Shown one piece after another: positions 10,076-19,368 of a DNA stretch of 64,000 nt (positions are counted from its first letter, which is position 1; the number at the start of each line of letters is the position of its first letter). Source of the DNA: an uncultured Alphaproteobacteria bacterium (lineage in GTDB: Bacteria > Pseudomonadota > Alphaproteobacteria > RF32 > CAG-239); the NCBI GenBank assembly GCA_944391395.1, contig CALXTI010000001.1, positions 146,065-210,064 of the forward strand, read 5' to 3'. The notes under the pieces were generated by a model. That model worked only from the letters and a program-made list of their open reading frames with translations, did not search any database and was not told where the DNA came from. The position numbers and the translations under genes were made by a program.

Positions 10076-10178
10076 GTATAATTTTAAATAAGCATAAAAC
10101 AAAAAAACAACCCTCTTGCTTTTTAAGAAAAAATATGATATATAAAAGTAGGTTTTTTGAACAGGGTATTGATTTGCC

Positions 10179-10538
10179 ATGATTATCAACAGTAATGATG
10201 CTTTGCAAAGAAATATTTTAACAAACAAGTGTTTCTACCAAACAACAGCGCAGATTATGCATGATTTTGAGCAGAAAGGTTATGCTAATTCGGCAGATGA
10301 AACCGCCAAAGTGATAGCTGCGTATCATGATGTTATGCAGAAAAAAACAAAAAATAATTATAGCAAGGATTATAACGAAGCTTTTGGTAAAATAGACAAC
10401 GCCATTAAAAACATGGCAAATAAGGTCTTTTACATTTATGATAAAAAAAGTTTTGACCTTGCTTATCAATCTTTTCAGAGTTTTGACTACATCAACGCCA
10501 TTATTGGTCGTCAGCGGATGAAAAAATCCCGTTTATAA
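10179..10538 (+). CDS. Hypothetical protein
   Basis: 119 aa AT-rich ORF with no recognisable motif. Confidence 0.3.
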   Translation: MIINSNDALQRNILTNKCFYQTTAQIMHDFEQKGYANSADETAKVIAAYHDVMQKKTKNNYSKDYNEAFGKIDNAIKNMANKVFYIYDKKSFDLAYQSFQSFDYINAIIGRQRMKKSRL

Positions 10539-10670
10539 AAAAGCAAACATATGTCGTTTTTTGTTTAAATTATAAAAAAAGCTCTGTGAACTTTTTTATA
10601 ATAGCCGTTGCAAAAATGCATTATTAAATCTACACTGCGTTTATAATTTTTAATTATCTGCGAGGATTTT

Positions 10671-11648
10671 ATGAAACAAATATCAGTTATCGGCTGCGGC
10701 CGTTGGGGCACGTTTTTGGGTTGGTATGCCGCTAATTATTGCGTGGACAGTGTCGTTCTTTATGATATTCCCACTTCGCCTAATTTTATTGAATTACAAA
10801 ACACTCGGCGAAATCCTTATCTGGAATTGAGCGACAACATGGTCTTGACGCCGGATTTGAATAAAATCCTGCAAAACGAATATATCATTATTTCCATCGG
10901 TTGCCAGCACCTGCGCGAATTGGCCAAACAACTCAACGGTTATGATTTGCAAGGAAAAAACTTTTTGTTGGCGATGAAAGGGTTGGAAGAACCCAGCGCC
11001 AAAATTTTAGTGGACGTTTTTAATGAAGAAATCAAACAAAAAATACATGTTGCCTGCTTAGGCGGCCCTGGGCATGTGCAGGATTATATGAAAAAAGTTC
11101 CGTCTTGCGCCGTTATCGACAGTTATGAAGAAGAGGCAAAAGAGTGCTGGATTGCGTTGTTGCAAAGCGATTTAATTCGTTTTTATTACGGCAATGATGT
11201 TGTCGGCAATCAAATCGGTGCTGCTCTTAAAAATGTTGTGGGTATTGCCGCCGGTATTTTAGACGGTTTGGAATGGTACGGTCTTAAAGGCGCTTTGATG
11301 GCGCGGGCGCCGGTGGAAGTCGGACGTTTGATAAAGCATTTTGGCGGTAATCCGTTCACGGCTTACGGTCTGGCTCATTTGGGCGATTATGAGGCCACTT
11401 TGTTTTCCAAGCACAGCCACAACCGCATGTATGGCGAAATGTTTGCCAAGGGCGAAAGGTTCGGCAAGTTGGCCGAAGGGGTTGCCACGCTCAAAGCCGT
11501 CAAACTGATCGCCGACAAAGAAAATATTGACATGCCGATTTGTCAGGCTCTGTATAAAGTGATTTATGAAGATGCCGACATCAAAGCCACAATTCGGGAA
11601 ATGTTTGAGCGTAATTTGAAAAAAGAATTTGATTATGTTTGCGCTTAA
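10671..11648 (+). CDS. NAD(P)H-dependent glycerol-3-phosphate dehydrogenase (GpsA)-like protein, divergent
   Basis: N-terminal Rossmann GxGxxG (VIGCGRWGTFLG). C-terminal GpsA-like helical domain (GNDVVGNQIGAALKNVVGIAAGILDGL...AYGLAHLGDYEATLFSKHSHNRMYG). GAGGA SD. Confidence 0.55.
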   Translation: MKQISVIGCGRWGTFLGWYAANYCVDSVVLYDIPTSPNFIELQNTRRNPYLELSDNMVLTPDLNKILQNEYIIISIGCQHLRELAKQLNGYDLQGKNFLLAMKGLEEPSAKILVDVFNEEIKQKIHVACLGGPGHVQDYMKKVPSCAVIDSYEEEAKECWIALLQSDLIRFYYGNDVVGNQIGAALKNVVGIAAGILDGLEWYGLKGALMARAPVEVGRLIKHFGGNPFTAYGLAHLGDYEATLFSKHSHNRMYGEMFAKGERFGKLAEGVATLKAVKLIADKENIDMPICQALYKVIYEDADIKATIREMFERNLKKEFDYVCA

Positions 11649-11728
11649 TATTGTAGATAATAAACGTTAAGAAAGCCGGCATTTTGCCGGTTTTTTTAAT
11701 AACAAAGAACATTCCGGAGGTTTAAATT

Positions 11729-12601
11729 TTGTTTCCGGTGCTTATATCTGGTAAAAATTGGAGAAAAGCCATGGAAAAAAGAATCACTTTGTTAGCCGGA
11801 TACGATAAAAATAAAATTATACGGGATTATGTTGTTTATCTTGTGCAAGAACTATCAAAAATCAGCGATGTATATTATTTCGCCGATGGTAAATTGCCGC
11901 GGGACGAACTTGATAAAATTCGCCCTTATGTCAAATATGCCGAAAGTTCTTTGCATCAAGGCTATGATTTCGGCTCCTGGCAATATCTTATTCATTTTGT
12001 CGGTTGGAACAAACTGAGCCAATACGATGAAATGATTATCTGTAACGACAGCGTTTATGGCCCGATGACCGAATTGCAAGATATTTTTGACTACATGGGG
12101 CTTCGCGGATACGACTTTTGGGGATTGACCGAAAATTACACCACTAATTATCATTTGGACAGCTATTTTATGGTGTTCAACAATAACATCTTGAAAAATG
12201 CCAAGTTTCGGGAATTTTGGCAGAATATCACTCCCGGTTTTAACCGCAAAACTTACGAAACGGTTTTGACGCCGTTTTTAACCGAGCTTGGTTTTGTCGG
12301 CAACAGCTATATTAAAAACTATAAAAAAGATGATATGTTGGCTTATCCGCTGCATTTGCTTGAAATAAAAAACATGCCTTTCATCCGGGTGAAGTCGCTG
12401 AAAGAACCGAAATATTATCTGAAAGAAACGGTGTTTAACATAGACGGCAAAATCCACCGTAAGACAGGTTATAAGACGGAAATGATAAACAAACATTTAT
12501 CCGCTGTCGGAGATTTTTCGGGGTTCGGCATAAAATATTATTTAAAAAATACGATGGATAGTTTGAAATCAAAATTTGATAATTTTATCCCCCGGCTTTA
12601 A
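11729..12601 (+). CDS. Rhamnan-synthesis protein F (RgpF)-like glycosyltransferase family protein
   Basis: 290 aa. Motifs YDFGSWQY and HLDSYFMVFNN resemble the Rhamnan_synth_F family. The ORF-track start is TTG at 11729 preceded by GGAGG; an alternative ATG at 11771 is preceded by GGAGA. Confidence 0.45.
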   Translation: MFPVLISGKNWRKAMEKRITLLAGYDKNKIIRDYVVYLVQELSKISDVYYFADGKLPRDELDKIRPYVKYAESSLHQGYDFGSWQYLIHFVGWNKLSQYDEMIICNDSVYGPMTELQDIFDYMGLRGYDFWGLTENYTTNYHLDSYFMVFNNNILKNAKFREFWQNITPGFNRKTYETVLTPFLTELGFVGNSYIKNYKKDDMLAYPLHLLEIKNMPFIRVKSLKEPKYYLKETVFNIDGKIHRKTGYKTEMINKHLSAVGDFSGFGIKYYLKNTMDSLKSKFDNFIPRL

Positions 12602-12636
12602 GATATAAACAGTTGTTGTAAAAAATCACGGAGGAT

Positions 12637-13200
12637 ATGATGTCTGAAGAAGAAAAATCACTAAAATCGCCGGTTCGTTTGCCGAATCCGGAAATTTCGG
12701 ATCCGTTGTTGCAGCTTATCAACAACCGAGTTTCTACCAAAGAATTTTGTTTAGGCAGTTTGGATGAACAGGACGTCAGCAATATTTTATGGTCGGCTTT
12801 CGGGCAAAATAAAAAAGGGACTCGCACGATTCCGACAGCCTTAAATGAAAAAAACTTAAAAGTATATTTGCTTAATGAAAAGGGAATTTGGTGGTACAAC
12901 GGCGAAAGTCATACATTAAGCAAAATTTCCAACGAAAACGCTCTTCCTTTTTTGGAAAGTCAGGAATATGTGCAAAACGGCTCGCTTAATCTGGTTTATA
13001 CCGGAAGCAACCGCGATTATTCGCCATTGCATGCCGGTTCGGCTTATCAAAATGTTTATTTATACGCTACGGAAAAGGGATTGGGGAGTGTTGTCCGCGG
13101 GTTTATTGATAAAGAAAAACTTCATCGCGTGCTTGGCTTAAAAGATGATGAATTTGTCATTATTCATCAATTAATCGGCTATCCCGTAAAAAAAGATTAA
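12637..13200 (+). CDS. Nitroreductase-family protein
   Basis: 187 aa. N-terminal NRVSTKEF (RRS.R.F-like) and the overall fold pattern match the nitroreductase superfamily. Confidence 0.55.
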   Translation: MMSEEEKSLKSPVRLPNPEISDPLLQLINNRVSTKEFCLGSLDEQDVSNILWSAFGQNKKGTRTIPTALNEKNLKVYLLNEKGIWWYNGESHTLSKISNENALPFLESQEYVQNGSLNLVYTGSNRDYSPLHAGSAYQNVYLYATEKGLGSVVRGFIDKEKLHRVLGLKDDEFVIIHQLIGYPVKKD

Positions 13201-13246
13201 AAAAACACTTGCGATTTGTAAAAAAAGATTATAGAAAAGGGGGCAT

Positions 13247-13337
13247 GGATAGATGGCCGAGTGGTCGAAGGCGCACGATTGGAAATCGTGTGTACCCCCA
13301 AAGGGTACCGTGAGTTCGAATCTCACTCTATCCGCCA
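13247..13337 (+). tRNA. tRNA-Ser (anticodon GGA)
   Basis: 91 nt with long variable arm. Acceptor GGATAGA/TCTATCC, anticodon loop TTGGAAA, T-arm GAGTTCGAATCTC, encoded CCA. Confidence 0.85.
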
Positions 13338-13344
13338 TTTACAA

Positions 13345-13373
13345 GAAACCCCGCTGCAGAAGCGGGTTTTTTT
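13345..13373 (+). terminator. Rho-independent terminator after tRNA-Ser
   Basis: AAACCCCGCT-GCAGA-AGCGGGTTTTTTT. Confidence 0.65.
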
Positions 13374-13537
13374 GTAAATGATGAGGGAGAGTAGAGTTCG
13401 AACTCACGGAGTAAGTGAGTTTGACTTTCAACAGAAAAGCGGTAAAATTTTTTGCTTTGACTTTTGTAAAGTCAAAAAGTTTTTGTGAGGTTTGTGTGGT
13501 ATGAAAAAGCGCGGAATTTCCGCGCTTTTGAAAAAAA

Positions 13538-14380
13538 TCAATTACACTTCCAGCCACCGGTCTCTCCTGTTTGGCAACAGCGATTTGTGCTGGTGCTACC
13601 GCAAGATCCACCCCATCCAGATGGTGTTGGTGCATTGCTTCCCATGCAAACGGTATCGCAATTATATAGGTCACAGGCATCCATGGCATCCCAATTACAC
13701 AGCCTATTGTAATAACATGTTTTACGTGTGTCGCCTAAATATACAGAGTAGGATTTGTAAATAGAACCAGAGCCTGCGCTGCTAGAAGCATATCCATAAT
13801 CGCGGCAAGTTTTAGCCGTGCATTTACCCATCGGTGTGTCGCCGGAGTAGCATCCTTCATATTTCCAGCCGCTTGGGTGAGAGCCGTTTCCGCAATCATT
13901 AACGCTGGCATATTGGGCATTGTATCCGACACAATCTTTGGCAATGCATTTGCCGCAGGTAACGGTTCCGCCCAAACTGTTGGAAACGATGGTTGTTTCC
14001 ACTTTCCAGCCTTCCGGATGGCTGCCGCTGCCGCAATCTGCTACCGAAGTCAAATTCTCGGTAAAGCCTTCCGGACAAAGCGCCTTACTTTCAGCACAAA
14101 GCGTATATGACCTGTCGGTTAAACAAGTTACAATGTTGCCGCACCAGGAAGATTTGTCATCGGTGGTAAAACCGAGCGCTTCGCAGCTGGGTTGAATACA
14201 TTTCTTATAACTTTCGTCAAACGGGCAATATAAATATCCATCGTCGGCACAATTCGCATCGTCGGTTTGACTAAACCCCAAAGCAGCGCAATCCGGCAAA
14301 ACTTCGCAGTTAACCTGAGCCTTGACCGGAAAAGCGGCGGCGGTTGCTAAAAGTATACTCAGAAAACTGATTTTAGGCAT
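13538..14380 (-). CDS. Secreted cysteine-rich modular protein (paralog family member B)
   Basis: 280 aa. Signal peptide MPKISFLSILLATAAAFPVKAQV. Modules CAALGFSQTDDANC..YLYCPFDESYKKC and CEALGFTTDD, and twice GSGSHP.GWK...GKC.AK.C, shared with the 8336 and 14390 proteins. Confidence 0.6.
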   Translation of the reverse strand: MPKISFLSILLATAAAFPVKAQVNCEVLPDCAALGFSQTDDANCADDGYLYCPFDESYKKCIQPSCEALGFTTDDKSSWCGNIVTCLTDRSYTLCAESKALCPEGFTENLTSVADCGSGSHPEGWKVETTIVSNSLGGTVTCGKCIAKDCVGYNAQYASVNDCGNGSHPSGWKYEGCYSGDTPMGKCTAKTCRDYGYASSSAGSGSIYKSYSVYLGDTRKTCYYNRLCNWDAMDACDLYNCDTVCMGSNAPTPSGWGGSCGSTSTNRCCQTGETGGWKCN

Positions 14381-14389
14381 TGTTTACTC

Positions 14390-14854
14390 CTATCTTAAAA
14401 GGCATTTAACTTTGGTTTTGCTGGCAGGGCATTTTAAATATTCCCGGCAATTTCCGACGTCATCGGTGTAGCCCAACGCAGCACAACGTTCGGCGTCGGT
14501 TACCAGTTCGTGCAGCAAACCGTTCCAACAGGTTTCGCGGTTGTAATAACCGTCTTCACAAAGGGCAATGCTGCATTCATAACAGATTAAGTCATGATAT
14601 TCAACCTGAATACAAGAATATCCGTCACTTGATTTTAGCGGTGCGCTGTAGTAGCGCCCGTCTTCACAGGTGTATTGTTTGCACCATTTGTAAGAACTGT
14701 CAAACGGGCAGGTGATGTAGCCTTCCGTGCAGGTGATGTTTTGTTTGTAGCCTAATTCGGCGCATGAGGGGCGGTCAATGCAATCTTGTCCGCAAACCTG
14801 GGCGGAAACATTGAAAGGAAGAAGTAGCAATGACAACAAAAGGATATTTTTCAT
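14390..14854 (-). CDS. Secreted cysteine-rich protein (paralog family member C)
   Basis: 154 aa. Signal peptide MKNILLLSLLLLPFNVSAQ. Modules CAELGYKQNITC..YITCPFDSSYKWC and CAALGYTDDVGNC. Confidence 0.6.
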   Translation of the reverse strand: MKNILLLSLLLLPFNVSAQVCGQDCIDRPSCAELGYKQNITCTEGYITCPFDSSYKWCKQYTCEDGRYYSAPLKSSDGYSCIQVEYHDLICYECSIALCEDGYYNRETCWNGLLHELVTDAERCAALGYTDDVGNCREYLKCPASKTKVKCLLR

Positions 14855-15023
14855 CTGAAAGGCACCTGCTGTTTATGTTAACATATATACATTATAAACT
14901 ATTTTCATGTTTTTGCAATTATATTCTGAAGATATAAAAAATGTGTAAATAAACGGCATGAAAAAATGATTAAAAGCTTGCGTTGAACTGAAAATATTAT
15001 ATTTTAACAACAGCGGAGGTTTT

Positions 15024-15746
15024 ATGAACACAAAATATAAAAATATCCTGATTTTGACCGGTGCCGGCATTTCAGCCGAATCCGGCTTGGCGACGTTTCG
15101 GGATGCCGATGGTTTGTGGAACAATCATAAGGTGGAAGACGTGGCCACAATCGAGGCGTTTGAACGCAATCCGGAGTTTGTGCATCAGTTTTACAACGAA
15201 ATGAAACCCGAACTTTTGCACGCAAAGCCGAATCCGGCACACCTGGCGTTGGCAAAACTTGAACAAGAATATCCGGGCGAGGTGAATATTATCACGCAAA
15301 ATGTCGATACGCTGCATGAAAAAGCCGGAAGTCAAAAAGTGTGTCATATCCATGGGCAGATTAATCAGGCCGTGTGCCTGAATTGCGGCAATATTCTGGA
15401 AACGTGGGATGATGTTGATACGCAAACCGTTTGCCCGCATTGCCGTGTGGCCGGCATGATGAAACCAAACATTGTGTTTTTCGGCGAACCTTTGTTGTAT
15501 ATGGATAAGGCGGCGCATTTGCTTTCAAACTGCGATTTGTTTGTATCCGTCGGAACCTCAGGCGTTGTTTATCCGGCGGCGGGTTTTGTGCAAACGGCAA
15601 AATATCGCGGTGCCGAAACTTATGAATTTAATCTGGAGGCGGCTTCCAACAACTATCTGTTTGACAAGCACATCTATGGTAAATGCGGCAAAACATTGCC
15701 GGAGTTTGTCGATAAGCTCTTGGCGGAAGTCAAAGAAGGTGAGTAA
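15024..15746 (+). CDS. cobB: NAD-dependent protein deacylase, Sir2 family
   Basis: GAGISAESGLATFRD, HG zinc ribbon (CLNCG...CPHC), FGE..P motifs. Confidence 0.85.
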   Translation: MNTKYKNILILTGAGISAESGLATFRDADGLWNNHKVEDVATIEAFERNPEFVHQFYNEMKPELLHAKPNPAHLALAKLEQEYPGEVNIITQNVDTLHEKAGSQKVCHIHGQINQAVCLNCGNILETWDDVDTQTVCPHCRVAGMMKPNIVFFGEPLLYMDKAAHLLSNCDLFVSVGTSGVVYPAAGFVQTAKYRGAETYEFNLEAASNNYLFDKHIYGKCGKTLPEFVDKLLAEVKEGE

Positions 15747-15749
15747 ATC

Positions 15750-17531
15750 ATGAATGAAGAAGATGTAAAAAAGAAAGTCGGCTTGGACCTGATTGTAAAA
15801 ACCATCGTGTATGCGTTTGCGGTGTTTGGCATTTTGTTTATTTTGATTTTGTTGAGTGTTTTGGGAATTATGGGGCCGGTCAACATGGCCGTCAAAGTGC
15901 CGGAAAAAACCGTTTTGACGGTTGATTTTGACGTTCCTTATGCCGAAGTCCGCGGCGATGATTTTTTTGCCGAGTTTGCCGATGTGCCGGTTTATTCTTT
16001 TTTTGATTTAATCAGAGCAATTAACACCGCTGCCGATGATGAGCGGGTTAAGGCGCTGGCGGCAACGGTCAATGTTTCGTCGTTGGGGCTGGCGCAGATG
16101 CAAGATGTTGTTCAGGCCGTAGAGTTTTTTAAGAGTAAGGGCAAAGAGGCTTATATCCATTCAAACAGCATGGGAGCGTTCGGCGGCGGCACCAAAGAAT
16201 ATTATCTGGCTGCGCATTTTAATGAAATTTGGCTGCAATCAGCGGCGAGCATCGGTATGACCGGTGTGCATATCGAAGTACCGTTCTTTAAGAATTTGTT
16301 GCAAAAAATCGGTGTTGAGCCGGAATTTTATGCTCGCCGAGAATATAAAACAGCGGCAGAATCTTTAATCAGAGATGGTTTTACGCCGGCTTACAAAGAG
16401 GAAATGTCAAAACTCGGTTCAGGGTTGTTTCATCAGTTGACGGAAGGCATCGCCGAAGCGAGAGGTTTGGAAGTTAATGAGGTGAAAAAAATCATTGATA
16501 AGGCGCCGATTTTCAGCCACTCGGCCGTTTCGGAATATAAATTGGCCGAACAGGAAGGTTACCAACAGGATATGGAGGAAGAACTGGCCGAGAAATATGA
16601 TGCCGAAATTTTGGATATCAACGATTATATGTATAATATCGGCGATTATCAGAGCGGTGATTTGCCACAGGTGGCTTTTCTGGCTTTGGAAGGTTCGATT
16701 GAAAGCGGACAGAGTTTTAACAATCCGGTGCGGGAGGCAATTATCGGTTCGGCGACGGTGCGCAGTCAGCTTGAGGAATTGGGCGAGCTTGAAAATTTAC
16801 GGGCGCTTGTTGTGCGAATCAACAGTCCGGGCGGTGATTATGCCGCGTCTGACGAAATTTTTCACGCGTTGAGAAAATTTAAGCAGGATAAGAAAATTCC
16901 GATAGTGATTTCCATGGGTGATTATGCGGCTTCCGGCGGTTATTTTATCGCGCTGGCGGGGGATTATATTGTTGCCGAACCGGCGACGATAACCGGTTCC
17001 ATCGGCGTTTTGGGCGGCAAAATGGTATTAAACAAACTATGGAAAAAATTAAATATCAACTGGGAGGAACTTAATTATGGCAAAAACGCCGGAATTTTGA
17101 GCGTTAATCATAAGTTCGGTCCGGAAGAAAGAAAATTGTTCAATGCTTCGTTGGATATGGTTTACAACGATTTTATCCTTAAAGTGTCGGAACACCGCAA
17201 ACTTGATAATGTTGAAGATATCGCCGCCGGCCGTGTTTGGCTTGGAAAAGATGCGCTGAAAATCGGCCTGGTTGACGAATTGGGCGGAATCGAGGCGGCT
17301 TTGAAAAAAGCAAAACAGCTGGGCGGAATTATTCCCGGTGCGGATTTTGGTTTGACATATTATCCGCGGCAACGGAGCTTTCAGGAAAAATTGGCTGAAT
17401 TTTTGGAAAGCGGCGGCGGTTTGCCGGCAATTAAAGTTTTGGAAAACAGCGGCATAAACATAAATGAATTCAGGCTTTTGCAACGTCTGCAATATGATGC
17501 GGCGTTGCCGCCGTTTAAGCTTGAAATGTAA
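15750..17531 (+). CDS. sppA: Signal peptide peptidase SppA (protease IV, 67K type)
   Basis: 593 aa. N-terminal TM, two ClpP/crotonase-like halves, catalytic region SMGDYAASGGYF and K-containing motif. Confidence 0.85.
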   Translation: MNEEDVKKKVGLDLIVKTIVYAFAVFGILFILILLSVLGIMGPVNMAVKVPEKTVLTVDFDVPYAEVRGDDFFAEFADVPVYSFFDLIRAINTAADDERVKALAATVNVSSLGLAQMQDVVQAVEFFKSKGKEAYIHSNSMGAFGGGTKEYYLAAHFNEIWLQSAASIGMTGVHIEVPFFKNLLQKIGVEPEFYARREYKTAAESLIRDGFTPAYKEEMSKLGSGLFHQLTEGIAEARGLEVNEVKKIIDKAPIFSHSAVSEYKLAEQEGYQQDMEEELAEKYDAEILDINDYMYNIGDYQSGDLPQVAFLALEGSIESGQSFNNPVREAIIGSATVRSQLEELGELENLRALVVRINSPGGDYAASDEIFHALRKFKQDKKIPIVISMGDYAASGGYFIALAGDYIVAEPATITGSIGVLGGKMVLNKLWKKLNINWEELNYGKNAGILSVNHKFGPEERKLFNASLDMVYNDFILKVSEHRKLDNVEDIAAGRVWLGKDALKIGLVDELGGIEAALKKAKQLGGIIPGADFGLTYYPRQRSFQEKLAEFLESGGGLPAIKVLENSGININEFRLLQRLQYDAALPPFKLEM

Positions 17532-17617
17532 GATTTTGTGCTTGCAAAAAAATGTTCGTGCTGCTAAAACAAAACGCAATGGTTTTGGATATTTTTTATA
17601 AAAATTAAGAGGCAAAT

Positions 17618-17905
17618 ATGTCAGTAAACAATGAAACGGTTGAAAAAATCGCATCGTTGGCCAAGCTTAAAATCGATGAGGAAAAGCTTGACGAAGCCCG
17701 TAGCGAATTTAACAAAATTCTTGATTGGATGGCTCAGCTGGACGAGGTTGATACCGATGGCGTCGAACCGTTGGTTTCGGTTAACTCCCAACAACTTGTC
17801 TGCCGTGAAGACGTGGTAACCGACGGGAATAAAAAAGCAGAAATTCTGGCTAATGCGCCGGCAAGCGAGTTTGGATATTTTTCGGTGCCGAAAGTTGTGG
17901 AGTAA
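17618..17905 (+). CDS. gatC: Asp/Glu-tRNA amidotransferase subunit C
   Basis: 95 aa. Sequence IASLAKLKIDEEKLDEARSEFNKILDWMAQLDEVDT is typical of GatC. Confidence 0.9.
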   Translation: MSVNNETVEKIASLAKLKIDEEKLDEARSEFNKILDWMAQLDEVDTDGVEPLVSVNSQQLVCREDVVTDGNKKAEILANAPASEFGYFSVPKVVE

Positions 17906-17908
17906 GAT

Positions 17909-19366
17909 GTGATGAGCGAATTGACCAAATTAACAATAGCCGAAGCTTTAAACGGATTAAAAGAAAAGAAATTCAGCGCTAAAGAATTGACGGAGGCTTA
18001 TATCGATAAAATGAACGCAGGTCGCCGTTTTAACGCTTATGTTTCGGAGACGCCGGAAATCGCTTTAAAAGCGGCGGAAGTTGCTGATAAAAATTATGCT
18101 TCCGGTACGCCGCGCGCGTTGGAGGGTATTCCTTTGGGAATTAAAGATTTGTTTTGTACCAAAGGTGTGCGCACCACGGCTTGTTCGCATATTATCGATA
18201 ATTTTGTTCCGCCTTACGAATCAACGGTAACCGAACATTTGTTCAATGCCGGCGCCGTATGTCTGGGAAAATTAAGCATGGATGAATTCGCCATGGGCGG
18301 CAGCAATGAAAACAGTTGTTTCGGTCCGGTGATAAATCCGTGGAGCAAAGATGTGCCGTTGGTGCCGGGAGGTTCTTCGGGCGGTTCGGCGGCTGCCGTG
18401 TGCGCCGAAATGTGCGCCGGCGCCACCGGAACGGATACCGGCGGTTCCATTCGCCAACCGGCGGCTTTTTGCGGTATTGTCGGTATCAAACCGACTTACG
18501 GCCGTTGTTCGCGTTACGGAATTATGGCGTTTGCCTCATCATTGGATCAGGCCGGACCGATGGGCAAAGACGTGCGAGATTGCGCGCTTTTACTCCATGT
18601 TATGGCTGGGTATGATGAAAAAGACTCAACTTCCGCCCGTCAAGAAGTTCCGGATTTTGAAAAGGTCTTGGGGCAAGATGTTAAAGGGTTGAAAATAGGT
18701 GTTCCGGCGGAATATCGTCCGGAAGGCTTAAATAAAGAAATTGCGGATGCCTGGGATAAGGCGGCGGCAATTTTGAAAGCCCGCGGAGCGGAGATTGTGG
18801 AAATCTCTTTGCCGCATACCAAATATGCCCTGCCGGTTTATTATATTATCGCACCGGCGGAAGCGTCTTCAAATCTGGCGCGTTATGACGGTATTCGTTA
18901 CGGCAATCGTGTTGACGGCGCGCATGTCGATGATGTCTATGTCAATACCCGCAGTATGGGTTTCGGCAAAGAAGTTAAGCGGCGGATTATGATTGGCACT
19001 TATGTTCTGTCTGCCGGATATTATGACGCTTATTATGTCAAGGCGCAAAAAGTGCGACGGCTCATTCAAAATGATTTTAACGAGGCGTTTAAGCGCTGTG
19101 ATGTTATTTTGACGCCGACTTCTCCGGTAACGGCTTTCCCAATCGGGGACAAATCCATGGCGGAAAATCCGCTTAATATGTATCTTAACGACGTGTTTAC
19201 GGTGTCGGTTAATTTGGCGGGGTTGCCGGCCATGAGCCTGCCTATCGGTTTGTCGGCGGACGGTCTGCCTTTGGGTATGCAGCTTATTGGCAAGGCTTTT
19301 GATGAAGAAACGGTGTTTAAGTCGGCTTATGCTTTGGAACAAGATGCAGGGTTTAAGAGGAAATAA
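17909..19366 (+). CDS. gatA: Asp/Glu-tRNA amidotransferase subunit A
   Basis: Amidase signature [11 protein letters not shown]...[11 protein letters not shown]. Confidence 0.95.
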   Translation: MMSELTKLTIAEALNGLKEKKFSAKELTEAYIDKMNAGRRFNAYVSETPEIALKAAEVADKNYASGTPRALEGIPLGIKDLFCTKGVRTTACSHIIDNFVPPYESTVTEHLFNAGAVCLGKLSMDEFAMGGSNENSCFGPVINPWSKDVPLVPGGSSGGSAAAVCAEMCAGATGTDTGGSIRQPAAFCGIVGIKPTYGRCSRYGIMAFASSLDQAGPMGKDVRDCALLLHVMAGYDEKDSTSARQEVPDFEKVLGQDVKGLKIGVPAEYRPEGLNKEIADAWDKAAAILKARGAEIVEISLPHTKYALPVYYIIAPAEASSNLARYDGIRYGNRVDGAHVDDVYVNTRSMGFGKEVKRRIMIGTYVLSAGYYDAYYVKAQKVRRLIQNDFNEAFKRCDVILTPTSPVTAFPIGDKSMAENPLNMYLNDVFTVSVNLAGLPAMSLPIGLSADGLPLGMQLIGKAFDEETVFKSAYALEQDAGFKRK

Positions 19367-19368
19367 AA

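Noticed and set aside
13381-13430. tRNA-Ser 3'-end-like fragment (GAGTTCGAACTCAC) 45 nt downstream of tRNA-Ser, as a possible genomic-island att repeat
   Set aside because: The similarity is short and imperfect, and the segment is itself a simple 12-bp palindrome (GAGTTCGAACTC). It lies too close to the tRNA to delimit an island and is more likely a hairpin element.
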